From NCBI GenBank assembly GCA_951406725.2, contig OX597818.1, forward strand, positions 102,052,001 through 102,116,000: DNA of 64,000 nucleotides, written 5' to 3'. This DNA is from Octopus vulgaris. Lineage: Eukaryota. Positions 13,092 to 27,561 of the stretch are shown piece after piece. The first letter of the stretch is position 1; each line of letters begins with the position of its first letter. Both the position numbers and the translations under genes were made by a program. Under the pieces are notes generated by a model that was not told where the DNA came from, ran no database searches, and was given only the letters and a program-made list of their open reading frames with translations.

Positions 13092-13463
13092 GTATGCATA
13101 TTTACATATATATGTACATTTATATGTGTGAGTGTAGGTGTGTGTCTATATCTGCATGTGCATATGTGCCTGTGAACAAAATAGCACTTGGTTGATTGAT
13201 TGTAAAATGGTGTTGGTAGTGATTAATTAAATAATTGAAGAATTCTACATATGAAAGAGAGAAAAAGTGAAGGCTGTATCTTATAATTACCTTTTTTCCT
13301 TAGTCTCACTTACATCCTTAATGAGTATGAAAAATATTGCAAATTTTTGTTTTCAATTTCAAAATTCTATGCTAGCAATAGAGATAACTATTGACAGGTA
13401 GACATGCTCTCGTGTAATTGCTCTATTTCTGTATGTAAGTAAATATGTATGTATGCATGTATG

Positions 13464-13534
<71 letters not shown>

Positions 13535-13591
13535 GTACATGCATACATATAAATATATATATATATATTTATATAATATATACATATATAA

Positions 13592-13622
<31 letters not shown>

Positions 13623-15131
13623 AAGGTGTATATTGATAGATAGATATATAATTTATTAAATTATATCGACTGGCAGAAACACTTATACAACGCTTTTTTA
13701 CATCCATAAATTCTTCAGTGTGCAGGCATATACAGTGATGGATTTATGTGGCTGTATACACACATGTACATTCATAACTCTCTCTCTCTCAAGCTCAGTC
13801 CCTATGTGCATTAGGTACACATATTTTGTCGCATATATACATGGAATTATATACATATATATGTGTGTATATATTTATATATATAGTAGAAATAAGTTAC
13901 GAAAAGTGGAATTGTAAGGATAAAATATGAAAAAATCAACGAAAATGCATATTGCAAATAGAAAAATGCTATTTATGACAGGTTACGGCAAATATATACA
14001 TTTAGATTGACAGAGGTAGTAATACGAGTCATAAAGGTCATTATTATGAGATGATTATAAGAAGATAATAAAGTAAGAGAACAAAACTAACCAATGGTTT
14101 ACGCAAAGCTATTCATCGTTTGAACAACACCGGTTAATACACGGAGTCAGGTCTAATAGTTCCTCAGAAAAAAAAAAAATATATATATATATTCAAAGTA
14201 TAAATGTATATGTTTGTGTATGCATGTGCGTTTGTGTGAGTGTGTGTGCCTGTGTAAATATGAAAGGGTAAAAGCGTAAGACTTAGTGAGTTTAATGGAG
14301 AAGATTTAAACGCCAACTTCAGGAATGATATTTGTTTTTTGGGGCAGAGGTTTGTCGATGTTTTCTCTCCCGAAACACGAGAAGCTGAAGGAAGGTTATT
14401 TTTTAAAGTTCACGGTTAGCAACTAGGGCTGCTGTATATGCGAAATATATAATGTTCTCTGGACTTTTTTTTCAAGCATATTCCTTTCTCCCCACTCTTT
14501 ACGGAGCCTATCGAGCGACACTGGCCAGTAGCTGTCTATTCCTAGTCATACATAAAGCCCTTTCCCTCATCGGTAGAGGTGAGTAAGAATGAAAACAATT
14601 TCCTCACTCCCTGGGAATGGTACAGTATAATTTTTCACCGCAATTTCGGTTCGAATTCACACCTTAAATATGCAGAACATTTCTTCAAGCAGCATTCTTT
14701 TTGCTGCCTTAAAAAACCATTGAAAACGTGTATCTCCACTCGCTCCAATTTTTTTGCGCCCCTGTTTCGATGTCTATATATGTATCAAATATTTTTGTGT
14801 CCTCTCGTATCTTTTGACGTAAGCGTGCCAAAATTAAATTTGCAATCTTCGTTAGGGCATATATGGTCTTTTTCAAATCCTACAGTAAGAAATAAACCGA
14901 CTCACACGTTAAAACCAACGTTATGAGTTGGATTGCTTGTCACGCAATTGGTATTTAAGAAAAATATATTACTAATGAAGTGGTGGCGCTGGTGGATATG
15001 TCTGCCCTGGAAAAGGAGGAAGAGAAAAGGAAATATTGGTGAGCAGCAGAATGGTGGTTGCATTTTCAAATAATTCAAACAGGAAAAAAGAATTGTAGAT
15101 TTAAAGCACATATGAAAATTTATAATTTTAG

Positions 15132-15166
15132 ACTTGATGGCTGAAACCGTGCGCACATAGTTCAAG
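15132..15166 (+). other. Candidate non-coding (5' UTR) micro-exon; another strong donor at 14579
   Basis: tataattttag|ACTT...TTCAAG|gtgagt; stops in all three frames; upstream GAG|gtgagt at 14578/14579. Confidence 0.25.
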
Positions 15167-16556
15167 GTGAGTGTAAAATAATTCTCCTGCAAGAGTTATC
15201 GGCTGACTTATATTAATTCTATTTTCGAACAGTAATGTATGACTACAAAAATATAATACTCAGTATTTAAATTCCGCCGATCATGTGTGCGTGTGTGTGA
15301 ATGTGTAGCGTGTTTCAATGAATTATCTATGGCACACCATCATTCTTTTTGCCTTGTTAAATGATATATGCTTGGAAATTGTTTGAGAATTATGCATATT
15401 TTAATACGTCGTTTAAATTGTTATAATCTAAAATGGTATCAATAAAAACACGACGCGAGTATACAGAATCATGGAATACATTTACCTATATCTTATAATT
15501 ACTAGATACATTATTGATTGAGATAGCTCGTAACATAATCAAATAGAGTTGAATAATTTCCAGTGTTAAACAAAATCATATTTTACTACTAGTTCAGACT
15601 TTATATCAGATCAATAACTAAGATGAGGCTAATTTTTGTATATATAAACCACTAAAACAAGTGACTAACTGCTGCTTGTCACGATAACAGCAACGTTATA
15701 TATGATTCGATTAATACCAATGATTCAAATTAATATGCAAATTCAATATTTGAATATGGCCTCATAATATTACGTAAAACATGGAGGAAAAGAAAATTAA
15801 TAACCTGATTCATCTATGCATGACTCTCAGACAATTCATTATTTTGACTGCACAGTGATCGATTAATCATCATTCTGCTTCAGGTTTGAGCAGAATAATA
15901 TAGTTAATTATATATAGCATATGGTCTGTTAGAACCGAATTGTTCTTCCCTAGTCTGGAACAAGGTCATTGAAGTTTATGATTCCAGACTTTGTAAACAC
16001 GAATTATTACTACCGTAATGTGTAGTTGATAATGTGATTAAACTATTCTTTGTTTCTTTTTGTCTGGGAGCAACCCAAAATATTGTGTATTACTTGGTTA
16101 ACTACATACATTTACATCACTGTATTTGAAGACATTTTCTGATTTTGATAGAATTTTAACTTGTTCAAATAAAATGTGTCCTATATAATTTCAGTATATA
16201 CACACAACGGCTGAGTATTTTTCGCCTCATTTGTATATCAGTGCAATCGCTGGAAATGTAAATAATTAAGAGAACGACTACAGGTGTTTCTGCAAATTAA
16301 GTTTGTGTGTTAAATGCTGTCCCTTATTCCGCTTGTAGAAATATTAAACCCTCAATACGCCAAAATATATTCTTCAATGATTTTTGAGAAATGCTCTATT
16401 ACATGATGAGGAATTATTTTCTAAATATTTCTTAATTGTTCTAACATCAAATATGATAAGATTAGTCTGTCCCAATTAGAATACTTGCGCGAGTGCTGAA
16501 AACTTGAAAATTTAATCTGTAGACGTAATACATTTCCCAGATATAAATTAAACATA

Positions 16557-17121
16557 TTGGGTTGTCCGGAAAGTTCGTGCCGATTATAGTAGCTTACCTT
16601 TCGACTTATTTTAGAACATGGTTGAGTCCATAAAATAGCATTTGACTATACCTTCATTTAGAGCACAGTTTAAGCTATCGTTTCCTGGAAGAAGGTTTAT
16701 GTTCCTATAATCTGAGTGAATTTGGTAACTCTTTAAAATGGAAGATAAGAAAGTTCATTTTCGGCAATTGAGGATTTGGGAACCAGACAAAAATTGCTGC
16801 AGTTCGGCTGGGATGTGTTACCCCACCCTCCATATTTACCAGATATTGCTCCATCGGATTTCCACTTATTCAGGTTTCTGGAGAATAGTCTTAATAGTAA
16901 AAATTTCAATTCCTTGGATGACGTAAACAGATACCTTGATGAATTCTTTGCCATGAAACCACTTCAGTTCTGGGAAGAGGGCGTTTTCAAGTTAAAGGAA
17001 AGATGGAGACGCATTGTGCAACAAAATGGTTCATAATTGGTTGATTAAAACTGTAATGGCAAGTATTTATTGACTTTTTTCTTTCCTTTCAATATCGGCA
17101 CGAACTTTCCGGACAACCCAA
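16557..17121 (+). mobile_element. Internally deleted mariner element with 28-bp TIRs and TA target duplication
   Basis: TA-ttgggttgtccggaaagttcgtgccgat ... atcggcacgaactttccggacaacccaa-TA; transposase start MEDKKVHFR fused to C-terminal GWDVLPHPPYLPDIAPSDFHLF. Confidence 0.95.
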
Positions 17122-18065
17122 TACATTGTTATTACAATGTCTAACCTCGTCTTTTATTTTATGTCCAGTAAACATAGTTTGACCTGAGTAACTACAAATT
17201 TGTATTCGCGTTATTTAGAACTGCTTTTCTTAATGATAGTTACGATCTTACAAAGACGACCAGATTACAGCTATTATTATAGAAAGCGTTTGTAAATTTT
17301 AAAATTATATTAGAAATGTGAATAATAGATAGAAAGAGCGCCTATCATTAAGATATATAAAATTGCTAAATGTCAACGTTATATCTTAAATCTATTACTT
17401 ATTTAGCTTCACCGTGAAAAGTGGACACTATTATGTTCTACTTGCATCTTACATACCAAATTGAGAATAGCAACTATATTATAAACAATATAATTTATTC
17501 AGGAATAAGAAACAGTTAGATTTCGCAAGTGTGGCAAGTTGAATCTGTATGAGAAGTTTGCTTCAATAATGAGTTTAAGTCAAACTTTAGAATATATAAA
17601 CAGGAGTTTTTCTCTATGGACTGAGAAATTGAAATTGATTTGACAATATTTCAAGTGATTATATCATTTCATATCATTTTTATGACAAGGGAAACATCTA
17701 TGAAATACCTAATTATATTACGTTTTGTTAATATAACACTCATTGATATCCTTTGATTTACAAAATCATATATTTGCGCTGACAGTATACAATAAATCAT
17801 AGAAAATTGTCATCCGTGGTAGGAAACTTTAAAAAGTATTCTGAAGCACAGGCGCCAATTTGCCAGATTTCCCCTCACACAATATTATGTAAAAATAGGA
17901 TCTTTTCCGTTTTACTGCCAGCGTCAATTACAGCTCGAATTGAATTCATATTCAGCGCAGTGATACACTTTGATAGGCTAATGAATGCCATGAAAATTCC
18001 TTTCACTATAAATCAACAAATAATGAGTTATTAGCTATTAAAGCTTGGAAATTTTGGGTAAATTT

Positions 18066-18112
18066 AGCCAATTGAAAGCCACAGATACATTCATCCCTGT
18101 TTCCATAGTAAC
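18066..18112. promoter_or_regulatory. CCAAT box plus RFX X-box (GTTTCCATAGTAAC, 18099-18112)
   Basis: match to the X-box consensus GTHNYY-AT-RRNAAC about 30 bp from AGCCAAT, in non-repetitive DNA. Confidence 0.45.
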
Positions 18113-19505
18113 AATCGGCACAGGAGAAATCTTTTGTCGGCAATAAAGCTTGTGTTCACAAATATATCGAAACCGCTTGTTCTACTCTTTTATCCACCTG
18201 AAATTCTTTTTTCACTTATCGATTGACAATTGAACATGTGAATTTATGAGGCGCAGGAGATATGAAAATTGTGGTTCATTCGAGAAGTTGATTGAATGCA
18301 TTTCTAAATTTTGTTTTCAATGAACTTGTTAAAAAAAAATGTGTTTTTTGTTTAAATATTTGATTTGAAATGTGTTACTTTGTTTTTAGATAAACCTTTT
18401 AAGTTCGTGTCCTAAGTCTCTTATTTTGAAAAAATATTTAATTTGTAATATGCTGTTTATCGTATAAAATACATATTTAATACTTCAAATACAAAAGATC
18501 TGTTGTTTACTAGTTTCTTTTTGTCACCGAGGTGTGCTAAAAATAACAGCTAAATAACGTTTTTCGATAAATCTCTTAAGTTTGTGCTATCGCATTAAAT
18601 GGATATTGAATGTTTCAAACGATTCAAAACGTGTTGTCGACTAGTTTTCCGCGTATAGAATATAAATATTGACAACACCTGCTATTTTCAGGATACTGAC
18701 AAATTGTGCAGTCACGCACAAAATGATAGTTTCCACATCTTGTTTTCGGACAGGGCGAAAATGATCAAACTTTAAACTGCTATAACTGTTTTGAAGAAAT
18801 TTTCTGAAGAAAGTCAAATAACGCCAGCAATTCAGCCTCGAAAACTGCATTAAGGTGCCAAATTTTAAAATTTATAAACGAATTTAAATTTTGAAATGCT
18901 GGCAGATCAACGGAAAGGATCCCCAAAATGTAGTGGAGAAAACATTTTCTACCTACGAACTAAATTTTAATACTTTGAGATTATCACTAGATACGTTCAT
19001 TTAACTGAATCACTTTTGACGTACTGTACAAATAATACGGTCTCATGACATTCACATTCGGACGCAGCGGTGTTTTACAAAAAATTCTAAGCCTCAACTC
19101 GTGATTGTGTTCGAGCAATACAATCATATCCTAAACGGATATTAATTTCTGTCATGTTCTCTATATCAAACTAGAGAATGTTCGCACTCCAGTGGCAGCA
19201 TATTCTATAATATTATACTACAGATCGAGAACATAGAATATGTGGAAGCTCATAGCACTCTATAACATGGAAAAAAACACCGAATGAACAAAGTTGGCCT
19301 TTCTGTATTTGCATAAAAATAACACAAGCAGCCAACGTGAGTAACTTAATGAATAACAAACTCGTACACGTTTTGAAATATTGAAATAAAAGGAAGCATG
19401 CACCTCGAAGCTCATAGCAAAAGCAAACTAATGAATTTAAACCTGATTGTTCTTATAAATTTTTTTGTGTCTGTACCGAAACACTGTTTGTATCAGTGCT
19501 TCCAG

Positions 19506-19544
19506 ATCAATTTTCTGACTACTGACAGAACTCAAGGCTACTTG
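19506..19544 (+). other. Candidate 39-nt exon
   Basis: tgcttccag|ATCAAT...TACTTG|gtaagt; open in phase 0 (INFLTTDRTQGYL). Confidence 0.3.
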
Positions 19545-20045
19545 GTAAGTATAAATAAAAGAAAGAATTTTAAATTCAATTGACCTAAATTTCAAATATA
19601 GCTCAAGAGCTGAAAATATAATTCACCTATATGAGCAGTACAGAACATTGCGATTAGTGTTCTAATTTAAACTGATGAGCATGTACTATCTCAGAATATA
19701 GGTTTATAGCAGGCAGAGAATATATATATATATAATTTTGTTACAATTCTATTCTGATCGCGCTAGCCGGCCTAAATAAGTAAGCCATACTTAACGCTTC
19801 GTTAGCGATCAGTTCCTCATTAACAAAGTATGTTTTCATGAAGACAAAGTAAAGGGAATTTGTCTATCCGCCCCAAAAGAAAAAAATATATAAGTGAGTC
19901 TAAGACTAATGTTTTGTAAGAATGCTAAGCGTTTCTGTTCTGTATTCGTTGAACCTGATATCTCTAGGGCTATGAATCTTATACACACGCATACATACAC
20001 ATAGACATGCATATAAACACACATATATATATACATACATATATG

Positions 20046-20077
<32 letters not shown>

Positions 20078-20106
20078 CATATATACATACATACATATAT
20101 GTATAG

Positions 20107-20156
<50 letters not shown>

Positions 20157-20225
20157 TTATTTATATATATATATATATTTTTAATTTATTTATATATATA
20201 TTTATGTTTCATTTATTTATATATA

Positions 20226-20271
<46 letters not shown>

Positions 20272-20357
20272 TATGCATATATTTATATGTGTGTGTGTGT
20301 GTACGTTTACCAATTTGTGTTGGAAGATTCCTTAAGTGAAATTCTGTGTTGAAACTG

Positions 20358-20950
20358 GTATTGTTGTATTGCGGCTTGCCAAATATACATAGGCACTATA
20401 TATTTCTTATTCACTCGTTTAGTACTGTTGTTTTTATTTTCATTTTAACTCATGTCCATTGTCCGGAAATATTTTGTCAAACATCTGTTACCTCCTCGGT
20501 GACACTTTTCATTTTCGTGTGTGCCCTCGCTTCACTCACTCCATTGTGTCCTAAGATGCATCCACGTTTGTGAGTGTGTGTGCATGTGTGTGTATGTATG
20601 GGAGTGTGTGTTTGTATGATTGTGTGTGTGTGTGTGTGCCATTTTTCTCGGAAGCAGTATGGCCTTCCCCTCTGCCGCAACCTCTCACTCCATTGTGCTG
20701 CTGCTGTTTTATGACCTGAACATTTGGTACAGTTCCTGTATATCTCTATGTCTGTGTGTTCTCTCACAGTGTTGCCATCGTGGTAGTACTTGTTATTTCT
20801 ATAGACGTCACTGCCGCTGCTGCTGTCGTTGTTATTTGTGTTGCTGATATTGTTGTGGCCGTCCGTGATTTTTTTTTGTGTTAATTTGTGTGTATATCGG
20901 TGCGCAGCGTATGTTGTTAGTATTCATGTCATTGATATGAATTTAATTAT
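20358..20950 (+). mobile_element. Unclassified ~600-bp interspersed repeat starting TGTTGTATT (possibly LTR-derived)
   Basis: homologous to the reverse complement of 21850-22443, to 46996-47310 and to a stub at 28688-28740. Confidence 0.6.
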
Positions 20951-21108
20951 TTATTTTATCAATCTCCAACTCTTATATTTATTGCAGGTTTGTGACAAAT
21001 ATATTTACTTATTTTTTAAACAATTAATATATTTATTTTTAACTATTAATATATTCAGAAATATTAAATTTCTAAATATCTCATAGTGATATGTACGGTG
21101 GTGGAGCG

Positions 21109-21337
21109 ATAGAGTGGTTGTATACTGTCAACTTAACGTGACAGTCATATAAGGGAATTACATTACCGCTGCAGGCCTAGCTGTTGGGGGTGTTTGTCTC
21201 CCCTTCGTACATATATAAGGACACAGAAAATGTGTCAAGGCCGATAGGAAGCGTGGATGCTTCCTAGGGCTAAACAGCGGTGGTGTAATTCTCTTACAGG
21301 ACTGTCACGTTAAGTTGACAGTATACAACCACTCTAT
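21109..21337. repeat. Foldback element with ~37-bp perfect outer inverted arms, extended imperfect arms and an inner hairpin
   Basis: atagagtggttgtatactgtcaacttaacgtgacagtc / gactgtcacgttaagttgacagtatacaaccactctat; inner taggaagc-gtggat-gcttccta. Confidence 0.85.
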
Positions 21338-21849
21338 TAATATATTTATTTATTCAAAATTTTTTTATTTATCTATCTCTATTTCTTGTATGTGCCACAG
21401 GTAAGTGCATACATGTTTACTGTGCGTGTATTATTCCGTATGTATTTGTGTGTTATTTACGTCTTCTTTTCCCCTTTTTTTCTTCTTTTCTCTTCTCGTG
21501 CCTTCTGTCTTTCCTGTTCCATTCTTGTTTTCTATTGAGGCCCCGACTTTCTACTGGTAAGTGTGTAACCTCTGTGATCTGTCGCTGTGTCATGTCAGTT
21601 CTATGTGTTGACAATACTTTAACCTATATGTTATTAATAGTGACTCTATCTTCTGCCTAAACATGATGGTAGAGTACTGCAAGCTTCCCACTTCTTTGAG
21701 TTCTACCCTATGCTGCGTGCAATCTCCACAATGCAGGCAGTTGTCATTTTTCTGCCCCGTCCCACAGTGCATCGTAAGATATATGCTACGTTCCGAAACT
21801 TACATTTAACCCGTTGATTCATGCTACATATATAGGATAGATATAAGAT

Positions 21850-22436
21850 ATAAATAAATCCATATACAGGACAAGGATACTAACAGCATACGAAGCGAAC
21901 GCATTCACACACTGAAAAACTTCACGGATGGCCACAACAATATCAACAACACAAATAAAAACGACACCGGCAGCGGTGGTGACAACAATGCCAATAACAA
22001 CAATTACCACAATGAGCCAACACACAAACAAAGAGAGATAAAAGAACTGTACCAAATTTTCGGGTCTTAGTAGAGCAGCAGCAGCTCAATGGAGTGAGAG
22101 GATGGGGGATGCGAGGAAGGTAATACTACTGTTAAGAAAACTGACACAAACCCGAGCATACACACACACAAGAACACATGCACACACAAACACGCACGCA
22201 TGCGCATATAAGGATACGCTCCTTAGAATAGAATGGAGCAAGGGAAACAAGAGAACACACGAAAACGAAAAATATCATTGGAGAGGTCACAGATGTGTGA
22301 AGAAAGATTTCTGGACAATGAACAGGTGTGAAAATAAGAATAAAAGAAAAATAACACAAACAACGAGTGAAGAACAAATACATAATATATAATGCGTATG
22401 TTTATTTCGCAAAAAAAAAAATGACCATCCAGAAAT

Positions 22437-22443
<7 letters not shown>
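21850..22443 (-). mobile_element. Second, inverted copy of the 20358-20950 repeat family
   Basis: e.g. gatttctggacaatgaac vs gtccattgtccggaaat, and aatggagtgagagg vs cctctcactccatt; ends at (TA)n. Confidence 0.65.
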
Positions 22444-22490
<47 letters not shown>

Positions 22491-22496
22491 TGCATG

Positions 22497-22527
<31 letters not shown>

Positions 22528-22697
22528 ATAGATAGATAGAAAGATAGATAGATAGATGGATAGATAAATCTTTTAAATTCTACTTGTTTAATTCATTAAC
22601 TTCAGACATGCTGGTGCAACGCCTGTCAGAATTTTAGCCAAAAGTATCAACATAATTACCTACACATTTTTGAGCCTGCTACACATATATACATATA

Positions 22698-22770
<73 letters not shown>

Positions 22771-23629
22771 TGTATATACATGCATGTATGCGTATATACA
22801 TGTACTCAACCATAAACGCAAACATATACACTCGTGCCTACAGAGAAAAACATACACACAAATACACATCTAGATGCGTATACACATATAAGTTTGTGTG
22901 TGTGTGTGTATGTATGTCTCTATGCCTATGTATATATGCATATGTAAGGTTTTATGTGATTATTACATGTATGTTCGTGACTGTCTTATCATACATATAT
23001 ATTTTTTTTTCCGTTGCTCTTCTAGTATATATCTGTAGAATCCGTAAATCTTCAAATGACAGATACGTAGATATCGAATTAGGAAATCAAATTCCTAAAA
23101 CACAGAGACCCATTTAAATCTGTCAGAATTCAAATAAAACAAATGATAAATGTGTACATTAAATTTGGGTTTGCAAATATTGTGTTAAACAAAACGAACG
23201 AGATGATCGTTCATGATTTTGCTGCTGGTAGGTTTTATTATTTTTCTATTATATAGTCTGTATGGGTGTTATTATTGCTTCACCCTATTTTATTGATATT
23301 TTATATTTATATTACTCTTTTCAATTTGGTAGATGTTTACTTATGGGATTTTATTTGATATTGTAACTGCATTCGAAGTTGCTCTCGTTGTTTCAACGTA
23401 TCATTCACTTCAGTTGTTCGTCTAATTACGAAAATAAGAAACAATGGGAAAAAATTATTTTAGAACACACACATATATGCACAAACCCAAGCACACATTC
23501 ACGCATATATAGGCATGCAAAAATCATAGAAACGCAAAATGTGCAGATAACCGTATGTGCCCGTATGCACAGATACATACACAATCACATATACATGTGT
23601 GTATATATATACATATAGTATTCATATAC

Positions 23630-23681
<52 letters not shown>

Positions 23682-24479
23682 GTATATACATATTAATACA
23701 TGGATACATACACATACACGGACAAATATATATGTGTACACTCACACACATTTCGCTATATGTAAATATACAGCATATACAGGCGTGCGTGTGTGTCTCT
23801 ATATAAGGAAACCTGCTAATTTGGAAACATCGTTTAAGAGAACCAATGTATAATAAAGTTATTACATTGCCGCATAAATTTACACAATTTTTCCTGAGTA
23901 TCTCTTGAAGATTCATTAACTGTTTCCTTTCTCGATTTCTAACAAGCAATTTTCCTGTAAGTCTTTTCATTTCCAAGATGATGTAAAATTGAACATCATC
24001 CCGCAGAGCAACGTATCCTATCTCAGATACTGATTATGTCATGGTTTTGTTTGATGCATTGCCTACGGACCAATTTCATGGCAAGCACGTCTGCTGCAAA
24101 CGAACCATCTTTAGTGTCCTAACTCGGTTTCCATCAAGTGTAGACTTCTGTAACTCGCAATACTAAACCTCGCCAATTCTGGTCTAATAATTATTTTAAT
24201 GGCTAGCTTTCATTCCAATATTTATTTTCAACTCTTGCATAACTAATTTACATATGCCGTTTCTGAAAATTTAGCGCACTTGTCAAAATGTGATTGACTT
24301 CCATATTTAACAGGCCTGTACTTATGAAATCTATATGGATATACTCTAGTGATCACAATATTATGGTTTCTGTAAACGAGCAATTTGAATTGTAGATAAA
24401 ATATCCCATCCCTAACTGCTGTACTAGGGCATACACTCTGTAGATACGATTTGAATGCATCGTGCTTTTGTCCCATGAC

Positions 24480-25050
24480 TACATAATGGTATTTGCCAAA
24501 TCCAGTTGGTTTCTATCACCCAGTTAGAGATGACTAAGCAGTTTTCGGACGCTTTTCATCCAGCTCCTATCAGCTAACTTCACACAGTTTAGATGCTCAT
24601 CACATAGTGTTCCATTCGTCCACTGGCAGAAATGAACGTGGCGTTCTCAACAAAAGCTCCAAACATCTGAAGAATAAGAGCAGGCTCGGTGATTAGTATA
24701 AAAGTACCGTCTACACAGTTGCCAGCGTCCAGTACTGTCAACTTACTGTCAGGGTACGAGACGATTGATCGTATGCCGAGTCCTAAGTCTTTCAGAATCT
24801 TCATCGGCAACATGTAAAAGAGATGGAAAAACTTCAAGTCCACTAAAAACTGGTGCGAAGGGGCATGTGTTGGAAAACCTGGTCTGATTGATGAATGGCA
24901 TCTTAAATCATATTCACCAGAGGTAAATCAGCAGGCCAACCTACTTAAACATTGACCTCAAGTCATAGGCATTCATACCTGAAGGAATTGCGGCTCCCAA
25001 TGTCACCAGAATCCACGAAGAATTGCAAAACTCAAGAAGCGTAAAGTTTT
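24480..25050 (+). mobile_element. Very degenerate RTE-like LINE reverse transcriptase
   Basis: remnants in the expected order resembling DLTKAFD, TG..G.VLAP, K..G...STKK, FTYL, RIAK. Confidence 0.4.
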
Positions 25051-25559
25051 TCGCATGAGAATCTATGATATTTATTTATAATAAAATGTATAAATGAAAG
25101 GCAATATCCTGTTGTGTAATTACTTGTTAAAATGTTACCTGAGTCCAAAAAAGTTAATCTATAACAAAGATTTAAGTGGGACATCAGTAAAAAGAAAATG
25201 TAAACTGAAATGTAAATGAAAAACGATTTACCAGCGCAAATTATATTTAAAAGTGGTTCAATTGACAATAATTATAATATTCATCGCCTAGAGATTAGTA
25301 GCTAAGATATGAAATACCTTTCATAGAAGTGGTAGAGAACTAATAAAAGCATCCGTATAAAAGGGGGGTAGGCGGTAGATTAGCGATGACAGGAACAGCA
25401 ACTCTATAAAAAAGATTAAACTATTATATCAGTGAATTTTAAATCATTGTAACATATAAAAAAACCAAGACGGCAAAATGCAATTACCATTTATAATGTT
25501 ATAGTCATTTAAGTTATATTACAAAATGTTAGCTAGATTATTATCTTTTGAATATTACC

Positions 25560-25805
25560 TTTTACTTGTTTCAGATACTGTATTGTGGCCATGCGGGGGA
25601 ACAGTCTTGAAGGATGTTTACTCGACCGAATTGATCCCAGTAGTTATTTTATTATTCTGGGTACTATTCCATCGTTCTCTTTTGTACAGCTAAACCAAAG
25701 GCTATAAACACACCTGGTTTAGCTACCCACAGGAAGCCATGTACGCGGGCTAAATCCTGAACTATTAGGTTCGGAAGCAAAGCTTCTCACCGCACAGCTC
25801 CATCT
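25560..25805 (-). mobile_element. Degenerate SINE
   Basis: ttttacttgtttcag...tgtggccatgc...aagcttctcaccgcacagc, homologous to 51890-52345. Confidence 0.55.
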
Positions 25806-27148
25806 GAACCATTTCTTGAACGCCTTTGATAACAATTATAATTGTTGCCACGGAAAGAAGTTTAGTAGTAATAACTATATCATGTTAAGAAGAAAAAAAT
25901 TAAAAGGCCGAAGTTGCTGGAATTCAGAAAAAAATACTACGACGGTCTGTACAAAAGAACGACTAGATTGTAAGATACATGTTAATTGTAGAAAGAAGAC
26001 GTTTTGTTTCTCCAAGATTTGGGAACGCTTGATACAGTAAGCACTATGTCTATCTTTTAGACACTAAACTAAGTAATTTCTCTAACGTTTAGAGCAACTA
26101 CTCAACTGTCTAGCCGCTGCAGGGATCCTCTTTATATGTCGTAAAACTCCATTTATTTTCGCTTGTCAAAAAACATACATTAAATAAATATTTTTCAACC
26201 AAAAGGAAAGCAAATTTGTTGAATGCTGCTTTTCAATTTTTTATATAATTTCTATTAAAACAGCATGAGCCACAATTAATTTTCTCCTTACTGGTAGATG
26301 TGATCGTTAAACATTATGGATATAAATGACAGCACTGTTTAAGTTCAGTTGCTGGAAATGGATGCATATAACCATTTTGAACGCAACACTTTTCAGGCGA
26401 AAATGTAATGCAATACCTTACGTTAACTCTGTAACCTTTAAAATAGGGATCAATATGTGGCAGGTATGGAGAATTTAGATATCACGACTTGACGATGAAC
26501 AATTCATTTTTACATAGACTTTTAGTAGTTTATCCAAACATTTCTGAGCCCTGCAACATATTCCCAATGACCAGAGCTAGTATTGAGTGATTCGAGTTTG
26601 CCTTGTTATATAATCTTTACTTAGCATGCTGCTGAAGGCACGTGCTGAGAACAAATTTACTACCATTTCATCAATTTGGAAGCACGGAAATATCAACATG
26701 GAGTATATGACCAACGTATAAGATGTTGATTGATGAGATGATCATCCACAATAAACTAACGACCTTTTTCCAGGGCATCATTATTGGATATAGAATACTT
26801 ATAACTGATATATATTTGAAAATATTCGCTAGTAGTCTCTATGACACCCTTGTCTTAAACAAGTGAATAGCTAGGCCTGAATCATGACTTGATGCATAGT
26901 AATCTAATCTCCATATAACCGAAATTAATTCTGTAAAATAAGCATGAATTAAAGAAATGAAAGCTGATGGTATTTCGCCAAACATGTGGCATTCTTTGAA
27001 ATTTTCACAGTCGCTAAAAATGAAATATATATTTTATAGTATATGTTAGGTCATGGAGGGAATCGCAGTGTCTCAATACACATTATAAAACGCGTAACAC
27101 CAACCTCTGGTATACTGGTATTACAATATTTCTATAATAATATTAGGA

Positions 27149-27561
27149 CGCCGTATTTTTCGCCTCATAAATCATCCATCGTATACAAACATTTTTGTAG
27201 GTAAATGTTTCGGAAAAATTATTAAGTATCTCTAGACAATTGAAGTGACGATAGATATAAATTCAAACATTTCAGATATATTTTCGTATATCAATAGCTA
27301 GGTAATTTTCGGAAAGAAAAAAAATACGATTCATTGACCAAGATATAAGGAAGCCATTTCTTGCTCATTTGTGTGGGTATTTTAATATATTTACTACAGT
27401 TTATAATCATAAATAATATATCTAAATAAATACTATTATTTTGGAAGAAAAATATTTTTGTAAATCCGAAAGAACTTTGCACAACGAAGAAAAAATATAA
27501 TTAAACATGATTTTTTTTCAAACATATTGTTAATATCTTGTACAATGTTTCAAATACGGTA
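27149..27561. mobile_element. Possible degraded pogo/Tigger-like MITE
   Basis: termini ccgtattt(ttcgc) and aaatacgg-ta. Confidence 0.3.

Noticed and set aside
19785-19825. Further eroded hammerhead-like strings (also ~14120-14168 and ~4680-4710)
   Set aside because: Stems cannot be formed convincingly
23810-24476. Coding-looking stretch with two short minus-strand ORFs
   Set aside because: Multiple stops and no motif I can assign; probably an old TE relic
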